Shown here in pieces: positions 40,746 to 52,709 of a stretch of DNA of 64,000 nucleotides (its first letter is position 1; each line of letters starts with the position of its first letter). The position numbers were made by a program, and so were the translations under genes. Location: positions 26,970,001-27,034,000 of the forward strand of contig NC_043002.1 of the NCBI RefSeq assembly GCF_006345805.1, read 5' to 3'. The notes under the pieces were generated by a model. That model saw nothing but the letters and a program-made list of their open reading frames with translations, made no database searches and was not told the origin of the DNA. Source of the DNA: Octopus sinensis. Lineage: Eukaryota.

Positions 40746-42028
40746 GGAGGGGCGTTCAATAAGTAATGCCCCTGACCCACTTCCTATAGCAGTAGAGCAA
40801 CGGAACTTGGCACAGTTATTAGTCTTTTTCTACATAGGAACCACCCAGAGTTACGCATTTCTACCATCGTTTGATGCAGCTCTGGAGACCGTTTTTGTAG
40901 AAGCCCTTAGCTTGATCCTCCAACCTGAACTTGACTTCAGAAATCAAGGCTGCATCATCTGGGAAACGCTTTCCTTTCAAAAACAACTTCATGACTGGGA
41001 AGAGGTGCAAATCAGAGCGTGCAATGTCAGGAAAGTAGAGGGGATGGGGGGGAGGAGTTCATAGCTGCACGCCTGTGCTTCTGATCTGGTGACAAGCGAG
41101 TTGTGGACCGGAGCGTTGTCCTGCAGGAGGAGGATGCCTTTGCTGATCTTGCCCCGCCTCTTGATTTTGATAACTTCTCTAAATTTCCTCAAAAGTGAAG
41201 CTCCTGTAATTGTGGTACTCTTTGCCAGGAAATCTGTCATCACTACTCCGTCTTGGTCCCAGAAGACTGAGCATGACCTTGCCAGCGGAGGGCTGCACCC
41301 TTGCCTTCTTTGGAGGGGGTGAGTCACGGTGCTTCCACTGCATTGACTGGGCTTTGGTCTCTGGATCATCGTGATGGACCCAGGTTTCATCCTGTGTAAT
41401 CAGTCTTTTGAAAAATTTTGACTCATCTTCTTGGCACATCTCCAAATTCATCCTCGAGCACTCGACTCGTTCTTGCTTCTGGAAAGGCGTGAGCAACCTG
41501 GAAATGCATCTGGCAGACACCTTTTGCATATGCAAATGGTCATGAATGATAGTTTCCACAGACCCGGTACTAATCTTGACCTCATGGGCTATTTGGCGAA
41601 TAATTATGCGGCGATCTTCCAAAATGGCAGCCTCAACTTGACGGACAGATGCCTCATCAATGGCAGAAGGGGGCGACCAGATCTGGGAGCTGTTTCCACA
41701 GAGTTCCGACCATGTTTGAATTCGCGATGCCAGCGTTTTACAAGGTCATATGATGGGGCATCATCACCATAAGTTACTTTCATTTCATCAAAAGTCTCCC
41801 GTGGTGTGCGTCCTTTCAAATACAAAAACCGGATCACTGCTCGACACTCAACAGGCTCCATTTCACACTTGACTCAGTTCAAACACCTGTCAATCAGAAA
41901 CCACAATTAGTTCAGAGCTGTAATTTGTAACTGATTCTATAGAGATATAGATGATTGCATATGCAAACTTTCAGCTAGATCAAACAACTGCAAATGGGTC
42001 AGAGGCATTACTTATTGAACGTCCCTCG
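40746..42028 (-). mobile_element. Complete mariner (Tc1/mariner DD34D) DNA transposon
   Basis: 33-bp terminal inverted repeats at 40746-40778 and 41996-42028 (30/33 identical). TA on both sides (40744-45, 42029-30). Length 1283 bp. Confidence 0.95.
40819..41861 (-). pseudogene. Mariner transposase pseudogene
   Basis: Pieces MEPVECRAVIRFL...VKRWHREFKHGRNSVETAPRSGRP, KVSARCISRLLT...ITQDETWVHH, LLQDNAPVH, YFPDIARSDLHLF, ending GSYVEKD*. About three frameshifts and one nonsense codon. Confidence 0.92.
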
Positions 42029-43195
42029 TAGCTGTGTTCCGAACTGGAGAGAGCTGATCTCTAGAATGCTAAATGCGTATTTTTAATTCTGTCAGGAATT
42101 TAGGCTTCAAGAACAAAAGGGGAGGGTTGCAATACCGCTCAGGGTGGTGTTTAGTATAGTTATACTCTTTACAGTGTATAGTAATGTTACAAAATTTACT
42201 GTCTTCTTTTAAATTAGACGCGGTATTCTAATATCACAGTTGATATTATAAATACTTTTTTCAGTCTTCTTTATTGTATATAGAAACGGAACTCGGTACG
42301 TTGCGGGTATAAGACAACCAAAAACTGCAATATGAAAATGCTTCGACAAAATAACCATACGTTATCGTCCGTCACGTATGTTAAGAAGGTAGAATGGTGC
42401 AGTAAAAAATATCGTATTCCGCTCTCCACTCAATAATAAGTTTGCAAATTGTTCTGAGAGATGTAGGGTGCAAGCCCAAAGAAGCATGTGCCGCGATCTC
42501 GGAGTGAGTCCCGGAGGAAACATCCTTTACAAGTATAAATTGAAACTAGTAGCAGAGACCAAACGCTACTTGTGAGATGTAGTCATTATCTCCTCCACAA
42601 GGCCCCGTACCACTCTCCAACTAACCATGTCAGCTACACCGGCAGGGGGACACTCACAAGCACTCGAATATCGGATTTTATTGAGTGCATCCTATCCATG
42701 TGTGTGTGAGAGAGAGAGAGAGAAAGAGAGAGATAGAGAGAGTAAGAGAGAGAAAGAGAGAATGTCTATATTATCAGTCTGCGAGAACTCGGAAAACAGT
42801 TGATAGTCAGTAGTTTGCAATCGGAGGTACTTAGTTAAAAAAAAAACTGTTAATTTCGGCGGTGAATAGAAAGCCTCATTGGTATATTGGTTATCATGCT
42901 CTATGTTTGGAATGCACGTGGTATTGGAACATCACGCTGGCGATGTTAGAACATTTTCCCCTTATCCGATATTAATTATAAATATATTCTTCAGAAAGAA
43001 AGTGAATAACAGATTCGGTAAGTCGCTGGAAAACGTTATCTTTATGTACTCAGTAAAACAAGCAATAGTTTTGTACATGCTTACATTTTAAGTATTGTTT
43101 ATATTCGCATATACAGACATATATATGTCTGTGTTTACATATGTATGTATATGTTTGTGTATGTATATATATACATGTTATACATATGTAACATC

Positions 43196-43558
43196 GTACA
43201 GGAGTGGCTGTGTCATAAGTAGCTTCCTTACCAGCCACATGGTTCCGGGTTCAAACCCACTGCGTGGCACCTTAGGCAAGTGTTTTCTACTGTAGCCTCG
43301 AGCCGACCAAAGCCTTGTGAGTTGATTTATTAAACGGAAACTGAAGGAAACCCGTCCTTATGTGTATGTCTGTGCTTGTCGCCCCACCCCCCGCCATTGT
43401 TTGGCAACCGACGCTGATGCGTTTACGTCCCTGTAACTTAGCGGTTCTGCAATAGAGACGATAGAATGAGTACTAGGCTTACAAAAAGTAAATCCTGGGA
43501 TCGATTTGTTCGACTAAAGGCGCAGTCAAATGACAAACAAATAAAAGAATAAAAGAAT
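43196..43558 (+). mobile_element. tRNA-derived SINE (long family with internal (TA)/(TG) core)
   Basis: Box A-like TGGCTGTGTCATAAG, box B-like GGTTCAAACCC, body and AAAAGAAT tail. Collinear with 54222-54632 and 55910-56324. Confidence 0.85.
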
Positions 43559-43925
43559 ATATTATATATGTGCAACCTGTATATATATACTTACATAAAT
43601 ATGTTATAAATGTTATGCATGTTCAAAAATAACATACGTATGTGTTTGTGTGAGCGTGTGTCGTTTGGTGGTTACCGGGTGCATGTTTTTTTCATACACT
43701 GTATAGCAAACGAACAATACTTATAGTTTGTGCATCATTCCCCCCTTTAACACATGTGTAGGGGTTCCTACTTTGGGTGATTTTTTTCTGATATATTTCT
43801 TACACCACTTTACACCACCTAGCTATTTCTTTCTGACGTGCATTCGCTACTATCCAAACTCTTCTCTCATTTTATAATTATCTAATATGGCGCAGGAGTG
43901 GCTATGTTGTAAGTAGCTTGGTTAC

Positions 43926-45971
43926 TTCCGGTTACCCAGAATGCAACTCTAGTTGGTCTGGACTGTTACAGTGAGAAGATGTGAGTTTCGGCTCAGTGAA
44001 TAGAAAAAAAGAACAAAGAGAAAAATTGTCAATTATGGCTCGCTATAGCGAGCAAAATACTAGGTTCTCATCACCGTAACGGTGAATTGAGAATTTTTGT
44101 TTGAAAATTCTTTTTGTAAATTCTAGTGGGCTTATCTCGCCAGAAAAATAAGAATAAGCCATTTGGATTACCTTTTTGGAGTATTATACAAAGGATTCCC
44201 TGTCTGTGCTATTTGTGAGGTTTTTCTTTTACTTTTCCCTCCTATTTTTTCTTTCTTTCTAAATTTTGGTTCATTCTTTTCATTACTTTAATTTCAGTTT
44301 CCTCCCCTCCTCTTTTATTTTGTTTTATTTTTATTCGGTTTAATTTTTTGGCAGACTGTCTTTTGAACTACTTTTGACATGGCAGAGAAGGAACTTAAAA
44401 AGAAAAACTCTGTGTTAGAGTGGGAAATTAACCCGCCTAAGCAGTGGTTAAAAGATATGGAGGAGAAGACAATGGTACTTAGAACTTATTCTAAAGTTCT
44501 TAATTCCATCACCGTCTTCCCAAAACAAGTCATAAAAAATGAACTTAAAGAATATTTGTCCTCTCTAAAATATATATCACGTGGTGTCAAACATGCAACC
44601 GTATGGTTGCTGTTTGACAACGGGGAAAAGGCTCGCCAGTTTGCGAGTCAGCCTTTAGAAGGCAAGGAAATTCTGTTCCTTCCGTCATATTGTGGAACGA
44701 AATTAATACACGCGAGCCTGGGTATGTTGGTTAACCCCAGGCACCGAAGCGGATTGGATTGAAGATAACATCCGATGGGGCCTGGGGGATGGCAGGCCCA
44801 GGCTCCTAAATGTAAGGGCATTGCCGGCGGTCGTTTGGGAAGGGTCAAAAGCGATTTTGACCCTGTGGACCACATCGGCCGCAACAGATCTGGTTTTTCC
44901 AGATTTCTTGAAAATGGCTGGCTGCAGGTATCCGGTGATATATAAGGGACGTTCCCCCAAGTGTCACTCATGCCTGCAGCCAGGCCACATTAAAAGGAAC
45001 TGCTCCCAGGACCATGGTAAGGTCCTGGAACAGTCACTAGATGCCACCTCCCCTACCCGGTCAAAGGGAGAGGTGGATGTGGTCGAAGAGGCTTCAACCT
45101 CCCCAACTCAAAAAGGATTAAAAAGGAAGAAGGCAGGCAACAATAGTTGCCCGCCGAAGGAACCTAAGGCTTCGGGAGGCGGGGGAGAGTCTCCGGACAA
45201 AGCGGAAGAGCTCCACTCTCCCGAAGTCAGGAAGAAAAGAAAAAAAGAAGGAAGAACGGGTCATCTCAGCGGGGAGATGATGTGCCGTCTGCATGTCCTG
45301 AAGTTGTGCCACCCGCGGTGGAAGAAACCATCCCCACCCTTAAAGATGATCAATTAATTATATTTTTCTATAAGGGCAGGGAGGTGCAAAAAATAGTAGA
45401 AGAATATAAAGAGACAGTAGATATGCTCTTCACACGGGATCCCGAATGGCCTCCGCAGATAGCTGTGGAGGTCATAAGGTTTCCCTTGTGGGCAACGCTT
45501 AAAGGATTTGGGGAGGAGTGTCGCATATGGCCGAGTGGCCCTTACACGACTTACATGTCCTGCATGAGTGAGGCATGGGAAATGGCGGGATATAGGAACT
45601 CAAGCAGCATTGAAGATAATGATGAATATATCGATGGAGATATCGAAGAGTAGGAGGTGAAAGACCCTCGTTATAGGGTTTGAAACCTCAACTTATTGTA
45701 TTATTTGTAGTGGTTTATAACCTCAATTGTGTGTTTTAAAAAAAAACATGTTAGGTAAGAGGTTTTAGTGCCTCTTTCTTGTAAGAGGTTTGAAACCACA
45801 TATTGATTTTTAAAAAAAGAAAATATATTTTCGAGAAAAATCCAATCGGCGGGTGTTGGGTTTCGTCTCTCATTCATTCATTCTATTTCATTTTCATTCA
45901 TCAATGTGTTTGTCCAGCCCGCAAAGCTACACACTCTTTATACTGTCTATGATGACAAATTTTATGAAATA
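43926..45971 (+). mobile_element. ORF1-only (HAL1-like) L1/Tx1-type retroelement inserted in a SINE head
   Basis: Bounded by AAGTAGCTTGGTTAC (43911-43925) and AAGTAGATTCCTTAC (45972-45986), 12/15 identical. The SINE head continues on either side. It has one gag-like ORF, no RT or endonuclease, and ends in GAAATAAA. Confidence 0.7.
44379..45653 (+). pseudogene. L1/Tx1-type ORF1 nucleic-acid-binding protein with CCHC zinc knuckle (~424 aa reconstructed)
   Basis: ORF 44379-44762 shifts +1 near 44703 into YTRAWVCWLTPG...RYPVIYKGRSPKCHSCLQPGHIKRNC (C-X2-C-X4-H-X4-C). It then shifts back in the A-run at 45240-45246 into ORF 45282-45653. The two shifts compensate. A basic/low-complexity segment follows the knuckle. 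Confidence 0.7.
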
Positions 45972-47302
45972 AAGTAGATTCCTTACCAGCCACATTTTTC
46001 CGGGTTCAGACCCACTGCGTGTACATTTGTTCGTGTACGTGTACATTTACATATGTGTGTCAATCTCTTAACTGTTAAAATGTACCCTTTTGTAATTCTC
46101 TAATTTTTACGTGGCTTTTTCGCATTACAACGGACCCAGGACCCATTGCACATTTACACATCATTACTCTTTCCTCATCTGTAGTTCTCTCCTTTCTTAC
46201 TTTACACTTCTCTAGCGCTCTTCCTTTATCAACAACTCCAATTAATTTATTTACATTATTCTCATTTGCATTTGTAATGTCGCACACCGGATAATTCTAC
46301 TCTAAGTATTCTTTCTCTTTAAGAAGGACTATGTCCAAACTTTTAGCATAATTTGATTATTCTAAATATTCCTTTCGCCTACGTATTCACACAGTTTTAA
46401 GCAGTATTTAAAGCATACATTTACAAACATACAAACAATTATCCACATGTAAATATTCTGTCTTGTTACACCTCTCTCATCATAGCTATCCATGTTCACA
46501 TTGGAAATGGGTTGCAAGTATCAAGAAAAAGAAACGAAAAGAAAGAAATAGGGCTTTGTAATTTAGAAATAGTTTTAATTAATGGAAAATAAAATGATCA
46601 AGTCCATATGGATTCGATTGTTATTTCTCCATATCCTTTGTTGCTCTGTGTTTCAGAAAATGTCATACGACGCTTAAATGATAAATGCAGGCTTTTAAAA
46701 AATGCGGTGTTGAAGTGCATATCTTTAATATTGGGAGTAATTTATTGAGGTGTTTTGTTTTGGCATCTAGCTACTTGTGTGAAAAGTGAAGTGATAACCT
46801 AAACTATTGATGTTTTTCCTTATTTTATTTTATTTTTAAGCACATAATATTTCCATGTTTTAGAGAACTTCTGTACTTTGCATTCATATACGCAAAGGTT
46901 TACATAGGGGATCAAGCGGATGTTTAACTTCCATTGTTGCTTCGTAAGTCATTTGAGATCGCTAATATACAGGTTAGGAGTGAAAGCTGTAGAAGTGATA
47001 CATTGAAAGACGTCCATACTGTGACAATCCCGTTTTTACTGTATCTGGTTTATATCGAATCTTAAACTTCTTTTCTAAGACAGTAAGTTTTCGTTTGACA
47101 TATATAACTGATAATTCTAACAACTCGTGCTACCATTTAGAAGCACCTCGTACATCGATAGAGTGACAGATGCCCTGAAGGTAGCACGAGTCGGACAGAA
47201 AGAGAAGCTTTTTCTCTGCACTCTCTAAACTGGTTGTTTAAAACCATGTCAGTTCTCATAAAACAGAACTCTGAAGAAAAGTGTTCAAGATATTATCACC
47301 GC

Positions 47303-47353
<51 letters not shown>

Positions 47354-47384
47354 CATTATCGATAATATTATCCGAAAAAAGACA

Positions 47385-47560
47385 GCAAGTAAGCAGAATC
47401 GTTAGCACATCGGACATAATGCTTAGTGGCATTTTTGTCCGATTTTACGTCTGAATTCCGATTCCGCCGAGATCGACTTTGTGTTTCATTGTCATGGGGC
47501 CGATGTAATCAACTATCCAACTCTGCCTAAAATTGCTGGCCTTGTGCCAGAACTTAAAAC
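47385..47560 (+). mobile_element. Short tRNA-derived SINE (second family)
   Basis: GCAGAATCGTTAGCAC...ATTCCGCCGAGATCGACTTTG...GGCCTTGTGCC. Confidence 0.7.
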
Positions 47561-47759
47561 CACTGTTATTATTAATTAGTAATGATGTTATTTTTGGTGA
47601 CTGCATGTCTCCTGAATCATCAAGATCGCTCTTAGGACTCTTGCAGATTACAGCGTTGTACTACTTCTCAGTTCGACAACGCGTGTCTAAATTTCCGCGG
47701 CCTGTTTGTAACATGCATATTTACTATATAAGAACTCTCTCCTTGGCTGGTAGTCAGTA

Positions 47760-48000
47760 AAAGCTTGCATTTTGTATCAACTACACCAATTGTCTATGGA
47801 GGAATTGTCACCTTCGTCTTCCATAACCTCTTCATCTCTCTCTTTGGTTAGGTCCTGTTATTTCTTCATTTTTAACTGTTAATTTCATATCCATTCTCAT
47901 AGCATTTCAGGTGTATGATCTTAGTTTGTTTTCCAAAGACAATGATATCTGGTCTCTTTATTTTAACTGAGTGTCCTGACATAAACTAGCAAGAAATCTT
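47760..48000 (-). mobile_element. Highly decayed RLE endonuclease remnant
   Basis: Minus strand reads GHSVKIKRPDIIVFGKQTK, followed by a frameshifted KRLWKTKVTIP..IGVV segment, resembling NRPDIVV and MWNLKTETIPIIVG. Confidence 0.45.
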
Positions 48001-48061
48001 TCATGTTTTATTCGTTTGTCTTCTATTGTGCTTTTCTTTAATTTAATGATTTGAAATTTTA

Positions 48062-48252
48062 GCACAAGGCCATCAGTTTTTGGTGGAGAGGTAAGTAGAG
48101 TACATCGACACCAGTGTTCAGCTGGTACTTATTTTATCAAACCCGAAAGAATGAAAGCTAACTTTGACATCTGCGGCATTTGAGCTCAGAATCTAAAAAC
48201 AGACAATATGCAACTAAACTTCTTATCTGACGTTCTAACGATTCTTCCAGCT
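48062..48252 (-). mobile_element. Short tRNA-derived SINE (second family)
   Basis: Reverse complement GAGCTGGAAGAATCGTTAG...TTCTGAGCTCAAATGCCGC...GGGTTTGATAAAATAAGTACC. Confidence 0.7.
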
Positions 48253-48654
48253 CGCCTTTTAAATTTTTCCCGTGCAAATATGTATCTTTGTGTTTACACG
48301 TGTGTGTATAAATGCGTATGTATATGCAGTCACTTATGTAAGTATACATGTATGAATGTGTATGTAGGCAAGCATGTGTACATATGTGTGTATGTGTGTG
48401 TTTGTGTGTTTTTGTGTAAGTATGTATATGTGTTTGTGCGTGTGTGTACCTTCACCATTCATAATATTCCTTTCATATATCTTACATCACTTACTTCTTT
48501 CCTTCGTAATTTGTGAACGTGAATTTCTCATCTCAATTCCCGTTTCTGTTTTTGCATTACTTAACTACAGGTTATTTTTTTGTTTCTCTCTATGTCGTTG
48601 CCGCTATTATGGAATAGAAAACTGTAATCATCAATACATATGGAGAAATGCATT

Positions 48655-48790
48655 GCGACTGTTTACGTTCTGAGCTCAAATCCTAACGAGGTCAATGTTG
48701 CCTTCATCCATTAAGCATCGATAAAATAAAGTACGTGTCATGTACTGGGGTCGATATAATCGAATTGCTGGCCTTGTGACAAAATTGGAA
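48655..48790 (+). mobile_element. Short SINE, partial (second family)
   Basis: TTTACGTTCTGAGCTCAAATCC...ATAAAATAAAGTAC...GGGGTCGATATAATCG. Confidence 0.65.
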
Positions 48791-49869
48791 CGAATTAATG
48801 TCGTTTTAAAATCAGTTTCTAAATTATCCAATTTGTCCTTCCCAACATTTATGCAGGTAGGAAATTACACTGAGGGAAATTTGAATGTTATTTGTAGTAT
48901 GCGACGGTGATATTTCGAGAGAAATGTACAACTAGTGGCAAAGGCACTAAGCTTGATTGCAACCAGTTCGGCTTCTTCTATACCCTGGTAGTATTTTATA
49001 TAGAGAATTTTTGACGGTGGTTGTTCTTTGCCCTGAAGGAAGCCCTAATTGAACATGACTGTTCTGCTCTCCAATTTTATTAGGCAAATTTCTTTTTGTT
49101 TATCAAAATATTTTTAAAAAGTTTTGTTTTTTGTTAGACTCGGATGAATTCTTTCCTTGGCTTAGACAGAGCGAATGATCCGTGGAAGCCACCCTTATTA
49201 ACTCTCGTCATCAGACCCAACAACGGTAGTCATGCAATGAGCAATACAAAATAGTTTGATGTATTGTTTTGAAGTGTATTTATCCAAAGCGAGCTTGTAA
49301 TAATCATAACAAATGATTCCAACGAAGGTGTAACGCCTGAGATTTGGGTCAGGGATCTGGGGATTTAATGTGAAGCTGACATAGGTGGGATTTGAGCTTC
49401 GAAAACCCGAACATATATCGTAAAGCATTTTTCGATGTTTTAAATATTCTGCTTGCTTGCTGCCCTTGTAATATTCATAATAGTATACATATTTCGGTCA
49501 ATACAAAAAAATCAATATAAAATATTTTCCCACTCACTTTACATAAATAGATACAAAAGAAACCAAGGCGGTCCAGTAGTGACAATCCAGTCTTTCTTTT
49601 CTCAGCTATAACGTTTTTGTATTATATGATCTAGTCAGCACAGGACATGCCTGGATCTCACCAGGCCAATAAATACCCAAGATTGACTGTATATCACAAC
49701 ATCATATCATTCTCCACAATCAATGAGGTGGCGGCCCCACGGCAAAACGCATCAAGGATGCTAAATAAATGTATATAATTTGATACCATTTTATGTATAT
49801 TTGTTTGTGACGGAAATTATACTACAGAAATACACCAGTTTTTTATGTTAGCTTAATATATTTTCTTCT

Positions 49870-50700
49870 ATTTCCTCTGCTCAGTCACTCTTTTATCTCA
49901 AATATAGTTGCTGCAGTGTTAGGTCTTATTATTTCCTCAACATGGTTCTGTAATTTGGGCTACATATTTTAATCTATGTTTTTACCTCTACTGTATAATA
50001 AATATTTACAAATTGTCTGGAGTTCGTTAGTTTATTTTCTTTGCTATCCTTTTGTCTATTTGCTTGTAGTGATTATTTACCGTATGTGAAATATTCTGCT
50101 GTTTAAAGGTTTGTTTTTTCCTTTCATCTTTTGAGCTATTATAGTTCAATAATTTGGATTACGTGTTTGATTTTTATTAATATTTTTGTCACCTAGATGA
50201 GAAATATTCGTCACTTTTCTATTTTTTAATATTTTTTTCATTTTTATTTTCATTTTCATTTGTCCGTTCTTTGATCTTTAGTTTTATTTCTCTCCTGAGA
50301 AACGCTCATTTGTTGTGTGAGATGTTATTATTTTCATTAGGTTAGTTATTCCAGTTCTACAGTTTCGGTTATAGTTTTTCTTTTTCAAGGTTGCCCTCTA
50401 GGATATGTTTTATGGAATATATATGGAATATACGAATATATGATGGTTTCATTTGATGATAATGATTTTGTTCTTTTCTTTTTTTTGTTGTTGTTTAGAG
50501 TCGAGTTTTCCCTGATTGATGAAATTCATGATCTAATATATTCCATCTGTGATCACACGTTTTTTCTTTCTTTTTTAGTCGTTTATATAAAGGCGGCTAT
50601 ATTTTTCATTATATGTAAACTTCTTTATTTATTTGCTGTTTATAAGGTACATTTGAAGGATAATTAGCTGCTATTTCGATCAGTTTCAGTGGGCCCTTAC
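49870..50700 (-). mobile_element. Possible very old Penelope-like remnant
   Basis: Only weak minus-strand echoes of GIY-YIG (IYTVEVKT..KYVAQ..TAATIFEIKE), with many stops. Confidence 0.25.
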
Positions 50701-51191
50701 TGTCGCCACCATTGATCGAAGTTTCAGTTATGGAGATTTAATGAAACTTCGATCGCTGATGTTTTCAAACGTATATTTCCAGGTTAGACATTTCCTCCTT
50801 TTATTTTTGGTATTTTATTTCTCAGTGTCTGACACACGCGAATAACACATCAATCTAAATTTTACTCACAACAAGAATAGTCATAACAAAGGCAGCGCAG
50901 ACTAATTCCGAATTAAAAATGGAAGAACAGAAATTTTTCAACTGCAACAAAGGGAAGATTTGTTAATGTTTTTGTTTAAACATTTATGATGTACGTGACA
51001 CAGTCTTCATTTATACATAAAGAAGATTTAAAAAGAAAAGTAAGAGCCATTTAAAATGGTACCAGACAATGATAATGAGAATATCTTTTATTGAAAGGGA
51101 CGCCAATGTGTCAGTTTTGTAACAAACTGGGGGGATTAGTTCATCGAATGGCAAAATCACTCGGTTGCATCTCAAATACTTCAGTTATATA

Positions 51192-51371
51192 TGCGAAGGC
51201 ATGGCTGCTTGGATAGGTGGATCGTTTTGCAACCGCGTAGGTTCGAGTTTAGTGTCACTGCATAACATCCTTGGTAATGGTGTTCTACTATGGCCCTCAT
51301 ATGGACCAGTTCCTTGTGAGTGACTTAGGAAGACGAAAACTCTGTAGAAGTGCTATATATATATATACATA

Positions 51372-51414
<43 letters not shown>

Positions 51415-52622
51415 AGACTCGGCAATGACATGCCCATCTCACATCACCTCCGCGCAGCAGATCAATCTCGCTACAACATCTGTCTGTGTTCGGACTGCTT
51501 TTGCACAGAGGCCACTCGGACTTCAGCCTCCGATGTGGACCTGAATTCGCCACTTCTCTTCGTCCTATACCAATCTCACTCATATTTCCACGCAACTCTC
51601 AACTTTTACTGCTCCTCCTCTCCACCCCACACTTTTACACCACCTAACTTAATACCCTCAACACTCACACCCTTATGCACTCATATACACTGCTCAATTC
51701 AGTACTCACACCATAAACCATTACCCACGCACGCACACATTCACAGGAAACATACACTTACATACCTTTCCACTCTACACACAATAGTACCCAATACCTC
51801 CCAACCTGTGACTCTCTTCACTCCTATCCCACCTCCCACCTCCATGCATTCCCCGAAAACATACAATATTCACTTCTAAAACACACATGCACACAACATG
51901 CCTAAACACAGACAATATACACATCCACACAACACACATAAACACATAGAACTTTCGCACATAAAAATACACAGTCCACCGCACATATAAGGTCTAAACA
52001 CACTTCATGCACCAACACTCACACACATCACTCAAAGAAGCACACATTAACTGCAACACACAAGCGCTTACACACATGATAGCCTCACACATGCACAGTC
52101 TCACACGCAAATGCACACGTTCATGCGTACACGCATACTTAAAAAAATGCACTTAATTATACATCTCCCGACACCATGCATACATTGGATTGTTATAAAC
52201 ATAAACACACACTCCCATACGGACATACTGGCCACATAATTTAGGGCTTGCCCACACATATGTTTACATGCTCTCGCCCCATTCACACATACACACGTAC
52301 CTACACCGTTCTTACACTCACGTACATGCGTCCTCTGGTTCAGCCGGGTCACTGTTATTATCTCCCCTTCTTTCAGTTCTTTCTTCCGATCATTTCTTCT
52401 GTTGAACCGTTGAGCCCTATATATTTGGTTCTCTCTTCGTTTTTTTTTTTTCGTTCTCTCACCATTTTCTTCCTCTTAACCCTTTCTGTCAAAGATCGCA
52501 GGCTTGAGGCGTCAGACGTCTTCATTTTTCCCGAGGACCAAACTAATAATCCTGCTTGTCGTCCCTCCACTTGTCTTCTTTTGTTATTTGTAAATTTCAC
52601 ACACACACACACACACACACAC

Positions 52623-52709
<87 letters not shown>

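Larger units (their letters stand above)
43888..46021 (+). mobile_element. SINE head split by the ORF1-only element (pieces 43888-43925 and 45972-46021)
   Basis: GGCGCAGGAGTGGCTATGTTGTAAGTAGCTTGGTTAC on the left and CCTTACCAGCCACATTTTTCCGGGTTCAGACCCACTGCGTG on the right are consecutive parts of the head seen at 43196 and 54222. Confidence 0.8.

Noticed and set aside
42875-42935. tRNA-like start GCCTCATTGGTATATTGGTTATCATG
   Set aside because: Box A-like only. No T-arm/box B and no cloverleaf.
45240-45246. A-run as a programmed frameshift site in the ORF1-only element
   Set aside because: It compensates an upstream +1 shift, and homopolymer indels are frequent in this window. Mutation or sequencing error is more likely.
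50714-50754. 13-bp perfect inverted repeat GATCGAAGTTTCA / TGAAACTTCGATC
   Set aside because: Short, within decayed repeat-like sequence, and with no supporting context.
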